Shown here piece by piece: positions 25,211 to 37,100 of a stretch of 64,000 nt of DNA. The notes below the pieces were generated by a model, which ran no database searches, was not told the origin of the DNA, and was given only the letters and a program-made list of their open reading frames with translations. The stretch comes from Ramazzottius varieornatus (Eukaryota > Animalia > Tardigrada), in assembly GCA_001949185.1 (NCBI GenBank), contig BDGG01000011.1:62001-126000 (forward strand). The letters are read 5' to 3'. Positions within the stretch are counted from its first letter, which is position 1. Every line of letters starts with the position of its first letter. Both the position numbers and the translations under genes were made by a program.

Positions 25211-25782
25211 CCAACCTCAACGGGTTGCCTTCCTCCCAGGACATGCTACAGCTGTTAATGGACTGACTTATTCCAAAGTAAGTCCACGAAACCCGTGCCT
25301 CATTGAACAAAATATCTGTGTAACAGGTGTGAAACTCGGTGCAGAAAATCGCTTCGGAAATCGCTTCGGAGATCGCTCCCATTCCGAAGCGATTTCGATT
25401 TAACATGCATTCATCTCTTGGTCACGTAAGGGTTGCGCTGTTCGAGTGCTTTATTGCGCATGGCGTTCCAGAAAAGCGTGGTGACTACAATAATAACGCT
25501 CACTTCTAAAATACGTCACACTGACGAGCTTTTTAATCGGGAGAGTGCAGTGAGATCTGAATCTACTTCAGGAGACTGAAGTAATCGTAGAAAAGACCAA
25601 GAATAGCGCTCTGCAACACGGCAAACTGTCACATGGCAGTGTTATAACGCACATTTGTGCCGAACGCAATCCCCCCACTGATTGGCTTCAGCTTGTAGTA
25701 ATCGCCCGTGTGACGTGTTATAGAAGTGAGGACTATTACTGTAGTGAGTAACTTACCTGTTACGGTCCTCATTCTTTGGCAG

Positions 25783-26476
25783 TTCTTCGGCCATGTCCTT
25801 CCACTTGATGAACGCCTGTTTCTGATGCTCGTGTTTGCGGAGGGTGCCGAAATTTGCCCTCATTCGAATATTCCAGGCTCCGCCAGCTTTTCTTCTTTCC
25901 GGATCCAAAAAACACCATCCGACTATGGAGCATCAAGTACCTGACATGTCTGGCCGTCTTCGGTAGCGCCCAAGGCCACAGGGCAGAAATCATCTCTCTC
26001 GACGTCGATATCTTCGGGGCCTACATCGTTTCCGGGTCTTGCGACTCGACCATCAAGATGTGGAACCCGAACACGTAGCCTGTTCCAACCCGAACACGTA
26101 GCCTTACTGGAAAAAGTGGGGGTACACGCAATTACATCGTACCAAAAACCCGCTACGGTCATATTCACAGAAACGAACCGTGTAAAAACCGAGACTACGC
26201 TCCTACCTGCATACCAGAAGTCGGACGTTTAGCTGGGTTACGTTGTATGCAGGTGTGTGCCTGCTCGTGCGACTTGTTCGCCGAGCTTCACGTTGGTGTT
26301 TTATATTATCTTGTAGGTTCCATCAGATTGTTTCTCCGTGCCAGTTTTCGACAGACGGAAGACTGTTGATAGGCGGCAGTGATGATGGCATCTGCCACGT
26401 ATTCCGAAGGTCCGACTCGCCAACGGGAAAAAGAAGCCAGGCAGCAGTCAGTGTGTTCGGGGCGGAAGATTCGTGA
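25783..26476 (+). pseudogene. EED/ESC-like (Polycomb PRC2) WD40 gene fragment
   Basis: TIRLWSIKYLTCLAVFGSAQGHRAEIISLDVDIFGAYIVSGSCDSTIKMWN parallels EED [65 protein letters not shown] matches the last blade. A stop, a frameshift and missing internal blades indicate decay. Confidence 0.65.
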
Positions 26477-27831
26477 CCGATGACGAGACGACCTGGACGA
26501 TGATTTCACAGAATGATGGACACCAAAAAGAGGCCTTTCCGGTCTCAGTCTTGTAAATAGAGAACTACTAATTTTCGGAACACACTTTGTGATGTTTTGT
26601 CCATCGAGTTTAAGAAATCAGCTTTTACTCTTCGAGACTGTTGTTTCAATGGGCGAAAGGCCGAAGAACTTGTGCTTGAGAACAGTTCATGGTCGGAAAT
26701 CAAAGATTAGTTACAGTGCGGTGCAGCAAACTTTGTGCGGCTTACTGTTACGTTTAATCAAAAATTTAAATCAAGTTTTTCTTCCATAACAGCGACTGAT
26801 TTTTTACAACAGCTCATTCTACATCAATTGGAATGAGTGTTTGTTTCCGAACAAAAATTTTCGGGCTGCAAACTCGGCCTGAAGTGTCGGTGCCAAAGAG
26901 ACGTTCGAGATAAGAACGAATAATCTCGTATGCATACTGTAATGCTTCATGAACTACGCGAAGCACGTCATCGTTTGCAACAGACATCCCTTAGGGGGTT
27001 GGTAGGGCGAAATTTTTGGGCCGGGGTTCAACTGTACACGTATGATGACGTGCTTCGCCAAGTTCATGAAGCATCACAGTTTAATCAGGATGAACCGTGC
27101 TTTCACGGAGGAGCCCGAACGGTCTCCAAAAGATGCACCGCACTGTAAGCGTACCAAGCATACGGCTGCCTACCAGTTACCGTCGAAAACTTGCCTTGAA
27201 AAACGTAGCGAATATTAACGCAGTTTGCGGGTGATTCCGGAATTTCCGATTAAACTTGCATAAACAGGCAAACCTTCTGCAGAGCTTGAGTTTCAAAACC
27301 GGTCCGGGAGGGTCGCTGTTCTTGGGTGCGTTGCCATCGAATTACTTCCGAAGAAATCATAAGTCGATATTTGTCCTATATTGCTCGATCACCTCCCCGA
27401 TGCAATCAAATCACTTTTGCAACGAGGAATCAGAATGGCACTGTCATATTTGACTAAAAAGCACCAATGCCAAACCTGAAACACCTCAGACGAGCGCCAG
27501 GCGATGAGAGTGTCGCAGAAATATCCGCCGGCTTACTTCCGGAGACTTACTGCAGTGCCACACCCGGCGTTGCGACATCCCCTGGCGAAAAGTCATTGTC
27601 TAGTGATCGCGGAAGTTTAGTGATTACTGTCCAAGGGCAAAAGTTGCCTCCGTTAGAACATGAGGCTTAGCGGTAAAAATTGTTATGTAGTCGCATTTGT
27701 TAAACGAGTCAATTTTTACTATGAAACAACGCTACCTAGTACGGCAAAAGTCACTCCACTCTCTTCAGTGTTCTCTGCCTTCTTCAACCCATTCGGAATC
27801 TCCCAGTACCCTCGACCTAGACAACTTCACC

Positions 27832-28581
27832 ACGAAGTTCCTTGTTGTCCTTGCCCTCGTCGGCTTCGCCGCTGCCCAGTCCGGCAACAATAACAACTTC
27901 CAAGGTCAGTTTGTCTGGGACTTGCTGAAGCCTGCTCTGACTGCCGGGGAAGGTGCAGAGCCTCTTGGCTTCTGTTGATGGCAAAAGCTAACCCACCTAC
28001 AACGAAATCCCCCAAAACCAACTTTGCGTGCAATGGTCGCAACGGCTTCCACGCCGACGTTGACGCCCAATGCCAGGTCTTCCACCGATGCCACCTTCAT
28101 CGGGAATATGACTTCATACCTGTGCGTTAACTCCATCGTCTTCAACCAGATCACCTTGATTTGCGACGCCTGGTACAACGTTGACTGCGCCAACTCTGCC
28201 CAGTACGAGACATACGCCAACAGCCGCCTCTACACCGACCTTCCCATCTTCGATACTCCTCCCGCTGACTACCTGACTCTAGCCCAACGAGCTGCCCAGC
28301 AGGCCGCTGAAGTGCAGGCCGCCGGTGGTCAACAAAAAACCCAGAGCGCCTGAGCCCAACGTACCCCGACCAGCAGCGGAACCAACTCCAACCGAGCCAG
28401 CGCCAGCCGAACTACCACCAAGAAGCGCGGTGCAGCCTCGCTAGCTGGCCGCAGCGACCGGTCTGACAACCAAAGCAGCGACAACATTGAACAAGTCGAT
28501 CAGCCCGCCGAACAGCCCGCCGAACAGCCCGCCGAACAGCCCGCCGAACAGCCCGCCGAACAGCCCGCCGAACGAAATTAG
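27832..28581 (+). pseudogene. Chitin-binding type-2 (CBM14/peritrophin-A) secreted protein, disabled
   Basis: ACG in place of ATG before KFLVVLALVGFAAAQ; FACNGRNGFHADVDAQCQVFHRC[frameshift]GNMTSYLCVNSIVFNQITLICDAWYNVDCANS; premature TGA at 28351; tail encodes (QPAE)n. Confidence 0.8.
28501..28572 (+). repeat. 12-bp tandem repeat (cagcccgccgaa) x6 encoding QPAE
   Basis: Six exact copies are visible. Confidence 0.95.
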
Positions 28582-29368
28582 ATAGTGTGGCACTGAAATT
28601 GCCAACCGCGAGTAGCTCTCTAGAAACATAATCTCTCCACTGCCGTTAGCAGCCACCGCCAAATTTTACCTTTCAGTTCGCACTAACTTCCGTTTTTTGC
28701 TATGTTCAAGTTCGAATGTACCGTCTCTGGTCAGAAATTCTGCTCGACGACCTTGAAATGCTTTGAAGTAAATCTGACCGTTCAAGCTCTGTAGGCCTTT
28801 ACAGTAGAGTTTCGCATTCTCATGATGAAAAATCATGATGGCAGACTTCCTAGCCGCATTGACTAGTTCGCGCACCACATTGCAGGTCGCAGGAGTTGGT
28901 AATACAGGTCCTTGGGTCGCTGCGTAACATCACCGGACAAAACAGGCATCTTGACGCGTGGCGCTTTTCCTCCGGTTTCAGCGCTAAAACACCCAGGACA
29001 CAACTTGTGGTACATACTGGCAAGTGGTCAAGACCAACGGGTGGGCCGAGAGTAAACTAACCCCCGGGGGGTTGGAGGGAGGGAGGATCTTTTGTTCAAC
29101 TCCATACTGTATACTGTTGCTAGTTTAGTACGGTCCATAACCTTTGTGCGGGTAGCCGTGAAAATTTTTAGGAAAAGCACAAGTTGGTTCATAGGGAATG
29201 GATGGAGCCATCGTGTCCGACATAGCGGACTCGGTAGAGAATGTATAGAATGCGAGTAAAAATATCCTGTTACTTGGATCAACTCGCGCGCCATTTTACA
29301 GCTTGGAGTTTGCGCTGAAGAAAAGTTACGTACACCGATTGTAACGCACATTGACTTTCCGGCACTTA

Positions 29369-30108
29369 CAGCCTGAGGCGGCCAAGTGACTACCACTTGA
29401 TCAAAGCGCTATGAGAAAATCAGTTTAGGTCTTATCGTCCGCTCCTCCACACATCCCAAGGAAATTTTAAAGCTATCTCCACTGAAATAAGGCAGATTCA
29501 CATCGGTTGAGAAATAGTCTGGGAAAGTTGATCGGCGTGACTTCCGGGGGGAAAGATACCTTTTCATGATCAAAACCGTACTTTTAAAATTCCGTATTCG
29601 GTTATGAAGCCCCAGCTTGATCTCAACGCACGTGAGACTATGAAGCTTGTAATTTAAAACCAAATAGTACCATGAAATAGCCAAACAAACTTGGCAAGAA
29701 AATTACAACTGTTGAATTTGGCCATTTTTCCGGGAATTTCCCCTTTGCGGCAAAAATTTTTGCTCTTGCCTCAAACGGTAGACTCATGCTTTCGACAATT
29801 TTTCATGTGGCAAGGACCTTGTTCTATTTGTTTTAAATAAGATCACCGCAGGCCGTCAACTGCAAACTCAGAAATGAATTTTGGAGATGGACTCCGAAAA
29901 CCACGGAAGTTGTTCGCAGTTTCCACTGTTCTCCATGCCTGGTTTCACGCCGATTTCGACTTCCACTGGGTAGATTTCAAACTATTTATTTCTCAGGAGG
30001 TTGCAAAAAGAATTCTAGACCAAAGAAAATCAGTTTCGAAGTAGCGCAGAAACCTGGTCGAATATGCTTTAATTTTATAGGTGGTAGTCACTTGGCCGCC
30101 TCGGGCTG
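29369..30108. mobile_element. Non-autonomous Tc1/mariner-type element (740 bp)
   Basis: 28-bp TIRs cagcc(t/c)gaggcggccaagtgactaccac, with TA on both flanks. Confidence 0.85.
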
Positions 30109-31860
30109 TACGAAGGGCCTCCGCTCCGCTCGCCCCAAAAACGGAGCGCACAGACCGATTTAAAGTCTTCGCGCTAAACTTACAGTGGCTCTAGTAGGGT
30201 CAAGTACCAAGGCTGATGCGGAAGCCTACTGCAAAAGATGGCCCGACCATGGACATCCTCGAGCTCATGTCAAATGCCTGGGTGCATTATCTACGTGATA
30301 ATGTATTTATTTATAATGGTCAGCATACCAAGGTTGTATCTCCATATCCGCCGTCAAGGCAAGCTCATATCGGAGTCAGCGCCTCTCTTGAAAGTAATGT
30401 CAACTACCGGCAACAGATGTGTCATTCACATCTCAGACAGACAGTCCACCCATCCCATTTCCATATCCACAGCGATGATCAGTCCTGTCGTATACATTTT
30501 TTCCGTCTACCCTTGAGAACCGGATGTGATAGCATGTCTTATTAAGCTCGATGAACGCCCCGGCAGCCATTTCATGTCAGCGCCCTTTGACGTGCGAAGT
30601 TAAGTACGAGCTATGAGGACGTTATGTTCTAGTCAAATGGGAATCGAGTACTTTGCAGAGAGTTGCTGGCTCGGCTCCTACCTAGTTCTTTTTCAAATCG
30701 CCCATATTGCCCATACTGAATTATATGCCTGTGAATTATCTCTGCCAGAGAAAATAGGTCGCATCCATCCACACATATTCACAACAGCGTCATACTGCAG
30801 ACCGACTTTGATATCGGCAGATTTGTTCTATTCCGAGTCTATCGGATCCGTGGACGTGGAATGCTGGATATTTAAAGGCCCAGCGCGACCTAAAAACGGC
30901 GATTTTGAAATAGCGTTTACCGATGTTTAGTAAGCCAATGTCCGCTCTCTGGTCTTCTATGAGAGGCAGCGGTTTCCACCTGCTAACTTTTTACGACCGG
31001 CATACGCCAACTATTTTACCCCCTTTTGCCATAGGTTAACAACTCCACGCTTGAATCCTCACGGGAAAATTCGACTGGGTTACTACTGGGTCCCACATAA
31101 TCCAAAAATTTAATCCTGGACCAGACTAATGCTCGGACCTACACTCAAATAGCGGAGTACGGTGATCAGAATGTTCATCCCACATGCTAGAAAATCTTGG
31201 AAAGAATAAACTGAAAATTATTGTCTTTAGCGATCATTGTGGTTAATGTTTTTGACTGGTAAGCGTCTTCACTTCCCATACCGGACATGGCGTTCTTCCT
31301 GAAATGTTCTGGTACGTGTATGCAATGCATTCCATACACATGCATTGTATACATCTACTATTGCGGGTCAGCTCCATTATACTTCCTTGCTCGTTACTCC
31401 ATCCAGTAATTCGCCATGTCCGGCTGCTAGCTCCTCCTGCTATCTGTTGGATATTGTTCCGCAAACATATGTTCACGTAGTCTTCTCGAATGAACATTCT
31501 CAATACACAATTTCATTCGCGCTCTTGGCATCTCGCGAATTTCTCAACCGCTACTCCACCCTTCATGCTCTTCTGCTTTTTGTATCTCAATAAAATGGGG
31601 TCTCTGAGCTTGCTAACGGGAGCGGTGCAGCTCAGACGAACAGGCGAAAGACTGATGTACCGCGCCGTCACTTCCTCCTTGGTACCACACCCAAACTGTA
31701 CCACCTCGGGTCTAGCTGCATTGACGTCACCCGTCGATGCGATCAGACGACCTCAACATGCCAAAAAAATTCTTCCGCGTTCGCTTATCATGAATAGTTC
31801 ATTAACCAACAAAAATCAAATGCAACGGTTTAACGATGTCCTATTTTGACTACGGCTTGT

Positions 31861-32179
31861 TAGGGAAGGCTCAGTGAAGTGCGGTGACTTATTTTCACAC
31901 CATTCTTTACCGACTCAGGGAACACTTCGCTGACGCGGTGAAGAACGGTGAACCATGGTGAAGGATGTGTATTCGCTCCATCGATTGATCCATTACTTGT
32001 ACCTTCATCGATTGGTCGCACCCGAGTCAATCAATAAAGGCACAAGTAATCGATCAATCAATGGAGCGGATACTCATCCTTCACCATCGTCCACCGTTGT
32101 TCATCGCATCAGTGGAGTTTTCACTGAGTCAGTGAAGGATAGTGAAAATAATTCACCGCACTGTACCGAGCCTCCCGTA
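31861..32179. mobile_element. hAT-like foldback MITE (319 bp, palindromic over almost its full length)
   Basis: 8-bp TSD cggcttgt at 31853-31860 and 32180-32187. Imperfect arms pair from the termini to a centre near 32020. Confidence 0.82.
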
Positions 32180-32425
32180 CGGCTTGTTTCATGGCAATCT
32201 TTGAGAGAAAACACTGCGCCGTATTAAAGCGTTCCGGCGAAAACCTTGACTCCCACTGTGAAACGAGTGTCGAAGTTTTAGGCGTAAGTCAGTCAAAAGT
32301 ATTCCGGTTACACAGCTCTTTTTCCAGTCAAGATCGGTCAAGACATGGTACACTGAAGTAAGAGGATACTGGGATGATGCTCGGCATGACCTCGGCATTC
32401 ATGGAAAAATTATGGAGCTAAGCTC

Positions 32426-33846
32426 TCAAGGTTTTGTTGTGGTAGTAGTTTTGGCAGCCGCCTCAGCTGCCAAACGTGCCGCGATGATGTCTTTCAAAAA
32501 ATTACTATATTGGGCCTGGTAGAAATTTCCGGCAACAGGTGCACTAAGGTTGTGGTCCTTCGTAAACTTGCGCAAATCGAAGTTCGCGCGAGCGGTTTTG
32601 AGATTTTCAAAAGCTCCGTTGGACAGATCGATTTTCCCTTGTTGCTTGAAGATCATGGTCACATAGCGATGCAACCCTACAAGACAACATTAATATCGGT
32701 CCACAATCGGCTCGGAAACTAATTTCGGTACAAGACCAGTTTAAGTTAGAGCATTACCTGAGTTTGGACTTGGGCGGGAACCTACATAGGGCGTGATTAC
32801 ATCACCTTTGGCAACATCTTTTCCTGGGATGTTCACCACCAGCCAGTGATTTATGGGCCCTCTTGAACGATCTTGACGACTGGCAGCATCCAGGTCTGCA
32901 ATGGGCGTACCCGTGAGAAGCCAAGTGGAATGTAGAAGTGCTCTCAGTTCAGTCCGTATTAATGGTACGAGGGAACGGTTGATGAGTTAGCCGGCCTGTG
33001 GTGGAGTTGCTGAAACAGCCAGCGCTTCCTAAGAGTAGGCCATCGAAAAGTCTTCTGGCTATACGGTGCGGCTAACTCAGCAACCGAAATTTGGGGTGGC
33101 TCAGTCAACAACCTTTCCCTCGTATTGATAAAGGAAGTTATGTACACTACACTTACGATGGGTAATTATGGGACAGGCGGAAAGGACGGAAATTCAACCG
33201 TAGAAAAGTGTTGACAACTACATTAGTGTGAATCGGTCGTGTACGTATGTGCTTCCGTACGGCCGTGGCGAAAAAGCCTGTCCCATAATTTTTACTGTCT
33301 CATAATCCCCCATCGTGCATGTATCTTGAGAAGAGATTGTGGTGACGTCACTACGAAGGTGATCGCCAGCATGAGAAGCCAGAAGAATGAAGTCTGGAGA
33401 AGCTTACCTGTCATGCTCAAAGTGCAAAGGCTATTGTCGGCGGCCTTCCAGCTGATCGTGGCTGGTTGGACGTGTACAGTCTCGGGCTCCAGTTCATTTC
33501 CGCCGTCGACTGATTTTCCGGCTGGATAAGTAATCTGAAAAGAGATCATCGTCTTGCAATCTGGGTTTTTCGTTCAAAGTGTAGCTGTGAGTGCAAATAT
33601 AAATTGGAAAGCAAATCGTTCTAGATTGTCCCAAAATATCAACTCAAAAAGACAGCAGCTTACCTCTAGAGCTTCCGTGGGAGCCTGGTCAATGATATCC
33701 GGCACAATATTGTGCTTGATGAAAGCATCGCTGATCGCAGTAATGCTGCTGGAATTATTCATGGCCTGTGCAAGGAAAGAATTTACACTCATAGAAACTA
33801 AAAGCACGCTGGCGAGGTAACTGCCATTAGAATTACGACGAGTCAT
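32426..33846 (-). CDS. Secreted phosphatidylethanolamine-binding protein (PEBP/OV-16-like), 4 exons
   Basis: Signal-like N-terminus; FIKHNIVPDIIDQAP; GNELEP..V..QP.ISW; TLSMTDLDAASR; HWLVVNIPG; GLHRYV; RANFDLRKF; PVAGNFYQAQY. Confidence 0.9.
32968..33122. mobile_element. Mariner-type MITE (155 bp) in a PEBP intron; second copy at 47732-47886
   Basis: TA|cgagggaacggttg...caacctttccctcg|TA; colinear with the 47732 copy. Confidence 0.8.
33155..33316. mobile_element. Small TIR element in a PEBP intron; reverse-oriented partial copy at about 40601-40750
   Basis: Ends acgatgggtaattatgggacag / ctgtctcataatcccccatcgt; internal sequence is the diverged reverse complement of 40601-40750. Confidence 0.65.
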
Positions 33847-34184
33847 CGTGATACGGCATTCGGCTAGATGATGCTCATCAAAATTTCATAGATGGCTTCA
33901 GGAAACCTACGTCATTCTGCACGAAAGAAACCAGTTTTATACCTTAAGCCAACAAGACACTTAGACTGAGAAGGATAAAAGTGAATGTCGAGACAACACC
34001 GTTGCACTTTAGCTGTTCCTCCGAGCGTTACGGTCCTCGGATATTGGACTCTCAAATCGAAGGTCTTTTGTGCTACATCACAAGGATATCGACGTCACCA
34101 AAGCAAAAGTACAAGGAAACAACTGGGTAATTCACGTATGCTGCAAGAGACTGTTATAAAAGTGAATAAGCTGTCTTTGAGAAA

Positions 34185-37100
34185 TTAACTAGTTTCGTAG
34201 CGTATGTGTTGAGGGGCAGTTATCTCAAAGTTGGTCAGAAACTCCAGATAGTCCTTGTCTTCAGAATCGGCGTTGAACAGCGAGCTCGATGGTTTTCGGC
34301 TTTCCCCCTTTGACTGCTGAAGGCCCTTCTCCATGGTGGTCGGCTGTTCGCTGCTTCCGTTGGGGTTCGACGGTGATTCGCATTTCGGTGGTTGTGCTGA
34401 CATTCGTGACAGGCGCTGGATTAGCTCGAGCGGATCACTGATCTGTGAACTATCCATGAACTTCCTTAGCTCTCTGTCTTTCTTTTCTTCCAGGGTTGTC
34501 GTGCTCGGTGTGTCGGTGACAGAGCCTTCGTCGGGTTCCTCAGTGTACATCTTGAACTTTGGCTCGGCTTGAAGGGTTCTTTTGTCGTTTGAATCCGGCT
34601 GCTCTTCGTAGTCAACGTATTCCGTCGGAAGCCAATACGTCATTATGGTCTCCTTTCTCTCCAATGGCATATCTCCTCGTGGCAGCAACGGGTATTGCAG
34701 GAGTTCGGCAGTGGCTTGACTGACTAGTATTCTGCTAGCTAAACTCTGATCTTTCAAGTGCTGCACTGTTTTGATCGTTTCACCAAACCTATCAGAAGAC
34801 ATCACAACCCGATTTACTCCGCCGATCTGATGCGTTTAAAACCCAACACTGAGCGCGGGTAGACCAGCATCATTCTTGACTTACAGATGATACGTAGGAG
34901 CTTTCGAACCAACCACGCCCACCACAACTGGGCCTGCAACAGCAAAGATGACTGCTGGTGACAACATGGTCGTTCAAAAGATTCAGTACCTGTGTGGACA
35001 CCAATCCGCAAATCAGTGGCTTGCCGGAAATCGAACTCACTGTAGGTTTTCATCAGCTTCATGGTCATAGTGCATATTACTTCCGCGTGCTGCCCGCTGT
35101 TCCTCACAGGCACTCCGCTGACAATCTTAGATTCATAAACTTTTAAATGTACGCATATCTCAGGTCTTTGGTACGAAAGTACGATAAGGCAGAGAGCCAA
35201 GTCGAGGTTTCGCGGGAACATTGCAGTCTTACCAGAAAAAAATCGCAGACGGTCCGAACCCTGTAGACGTCGTATACCGCGATCAGCGGGTCCAGAAGGG
35301 CATGAAGGTTATTCAAGAATAGAACAACGTCTTTCGGACTTTCAAACTGCACCAGTTCAGCGAAGCCGTCAATATCGCTGGAGTATATGGTGACACTTTG
35401 GAACAGCTCCGGTTCCACACGAACGTGACAACGCAGTGCTTCTACGATGATCCTACCCAGCCGAAGCCGATCAAATTAGCTTTACGGTATACGAAGTGAA
35501 AACTTGCCCACTTACGCAGGCATCATCTCCGCACGCAAAGTGACACCAAAGGTTTCTTCGTCCGACAATTGACGTGTCTGCAGTGCCACCTTGATTTCCA
35601 GCTCTTGAGCATACCGCTCCAATCGAAGCAAGGATCGCTCAGTCATCGACTGCCCCGAAACAACCGGGAAGAATGCGAAGAACTTGTCGTACATTTCCGT
35701 CAGTCGCGGTCGTTGAGAGGGAATGTCGTTCCAGCAGTTTGAGATCATGTTTTGGACCTGTAGCGGCACGAATTCAGCGTCTGAATCGATGAAAAAGGGT
35801 GATGGTCGGAGACGTTCAAATCGGCGATCTTGACCTCTGGGTCTGAGTAACTGCCGGTTGGTTAGGACTTCGTAGAGTACGATGCCAAGTGAATAAATGT
35901 CGGCTCTCCGTTCCGCGTCCAAGTCGATTTCATGCAGTTCGATGTCGTGCTCGGGTGGTCGCCAGAGATTACTCCAGGTTGAGGCCTGTCGTTCGTCTTG
36001 TTCCCTAAGAATACTCTGAATGCTTTGATAGCCTGTCTTGGCTATTTTTAGAAGGAAGCGGCCCGTGATGAGGCAACAAAGACCATTGAGCTTCCCGTGG
36101 AAACGGAGAGAGGATCCATGAATGTAAAGAAGACCCTACGAAAACAGGCTTAGCTCAGCTGGGAGCAGCCAGTGAGTGCGTTCCAACCTTTAGCACATCT
36201 TGCGCGAAGGTAATCTGGAAATCTTTGTCAAGTGGCCCAGTACGGAATATAAAGTCATGCAGCGTCCCGCGCGAGCAGTAGTCGTCGGCCAACAGGTACG
36301 ACGTTGAGTCCACGGAGGCACATGCCCCCAGAAAGACATTGATATTTTCGTGGCGCAATGAGTAAAGCTGGAACAAAAAAACCCAACAAACGCATGCAAA
36401 GTTTTTGTTTTGTTTGACACACTAGCTTACCGCATGGCAAATGGATGACAGCTGTTGGTTTTTGCGAAAGTCGGCGGTCTGAATACTGCATGGAATTACG
36501 GTGACCCATAGCTCAAATGAGTTGTACTGCGCTCGACCAGATGACAACTTGTCCTGCAGAGAATATAACTGTTTTATTGGCAGTCGTAACAGACGCTAAG
36601 TTGGAGATATGTAAAGGCTCGCCGGACCGAGGAACCAATCTGATCTTACGGTAACAGAAGCTCCATCGTCATCTGTCGAATTTTCCAAAGTTGAGGCTGG
36701 AAGCATGAGCAGGGTGGGCGTAGATTTTAGCAACCACGGACGACCAACGTCCTTCAAACTTCGGTATATCTTCCTAGACGAAGTACTTGGGCGTGTCTGG
36801 CTCTTTACATCCCAAAGAAGTCTACGGACGAACGTACCTTGCAGTGGTCCACAGTATAGTGAGCACCAGAGAGCCACCTATGGTGCTGACAATCGCGCTG
36901 TATATTTTTCTTGTCTCTAGAAAAGACATTCACCCGTTTTTGATTTCACATACAAATAAGCACGTATCTTCTTGTAGGTATCTTCTTGTAGGTGTACCGC
37001 TTTCTTAATCAACGAACCCTGGATCAAGCAGAGACCATCTCTGCCAGAAAACCCGCAGATCGGCACATCGAGCGGTGGCGCGCGACGGCTGTTTGGCCAG

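Noticed and set aside
25345-25400. Short aatcgcttcgga direct and inverted repeats
   Set aside because: Probably a TE subterminal remnant; boundaries cannot be defined.
28501-28572. CRISPR-like array
   Set aside because: Direct tandem repeat with no spacers, in a eukaryotic context with no cas genes.
28441-28662. Minus-strand ORF with GLFG repeats resembling a nucleoporin
   Set aside because: It is the antisense reading of the (QPAE)n 12-bp repeat of the CBM14 pseudogene.
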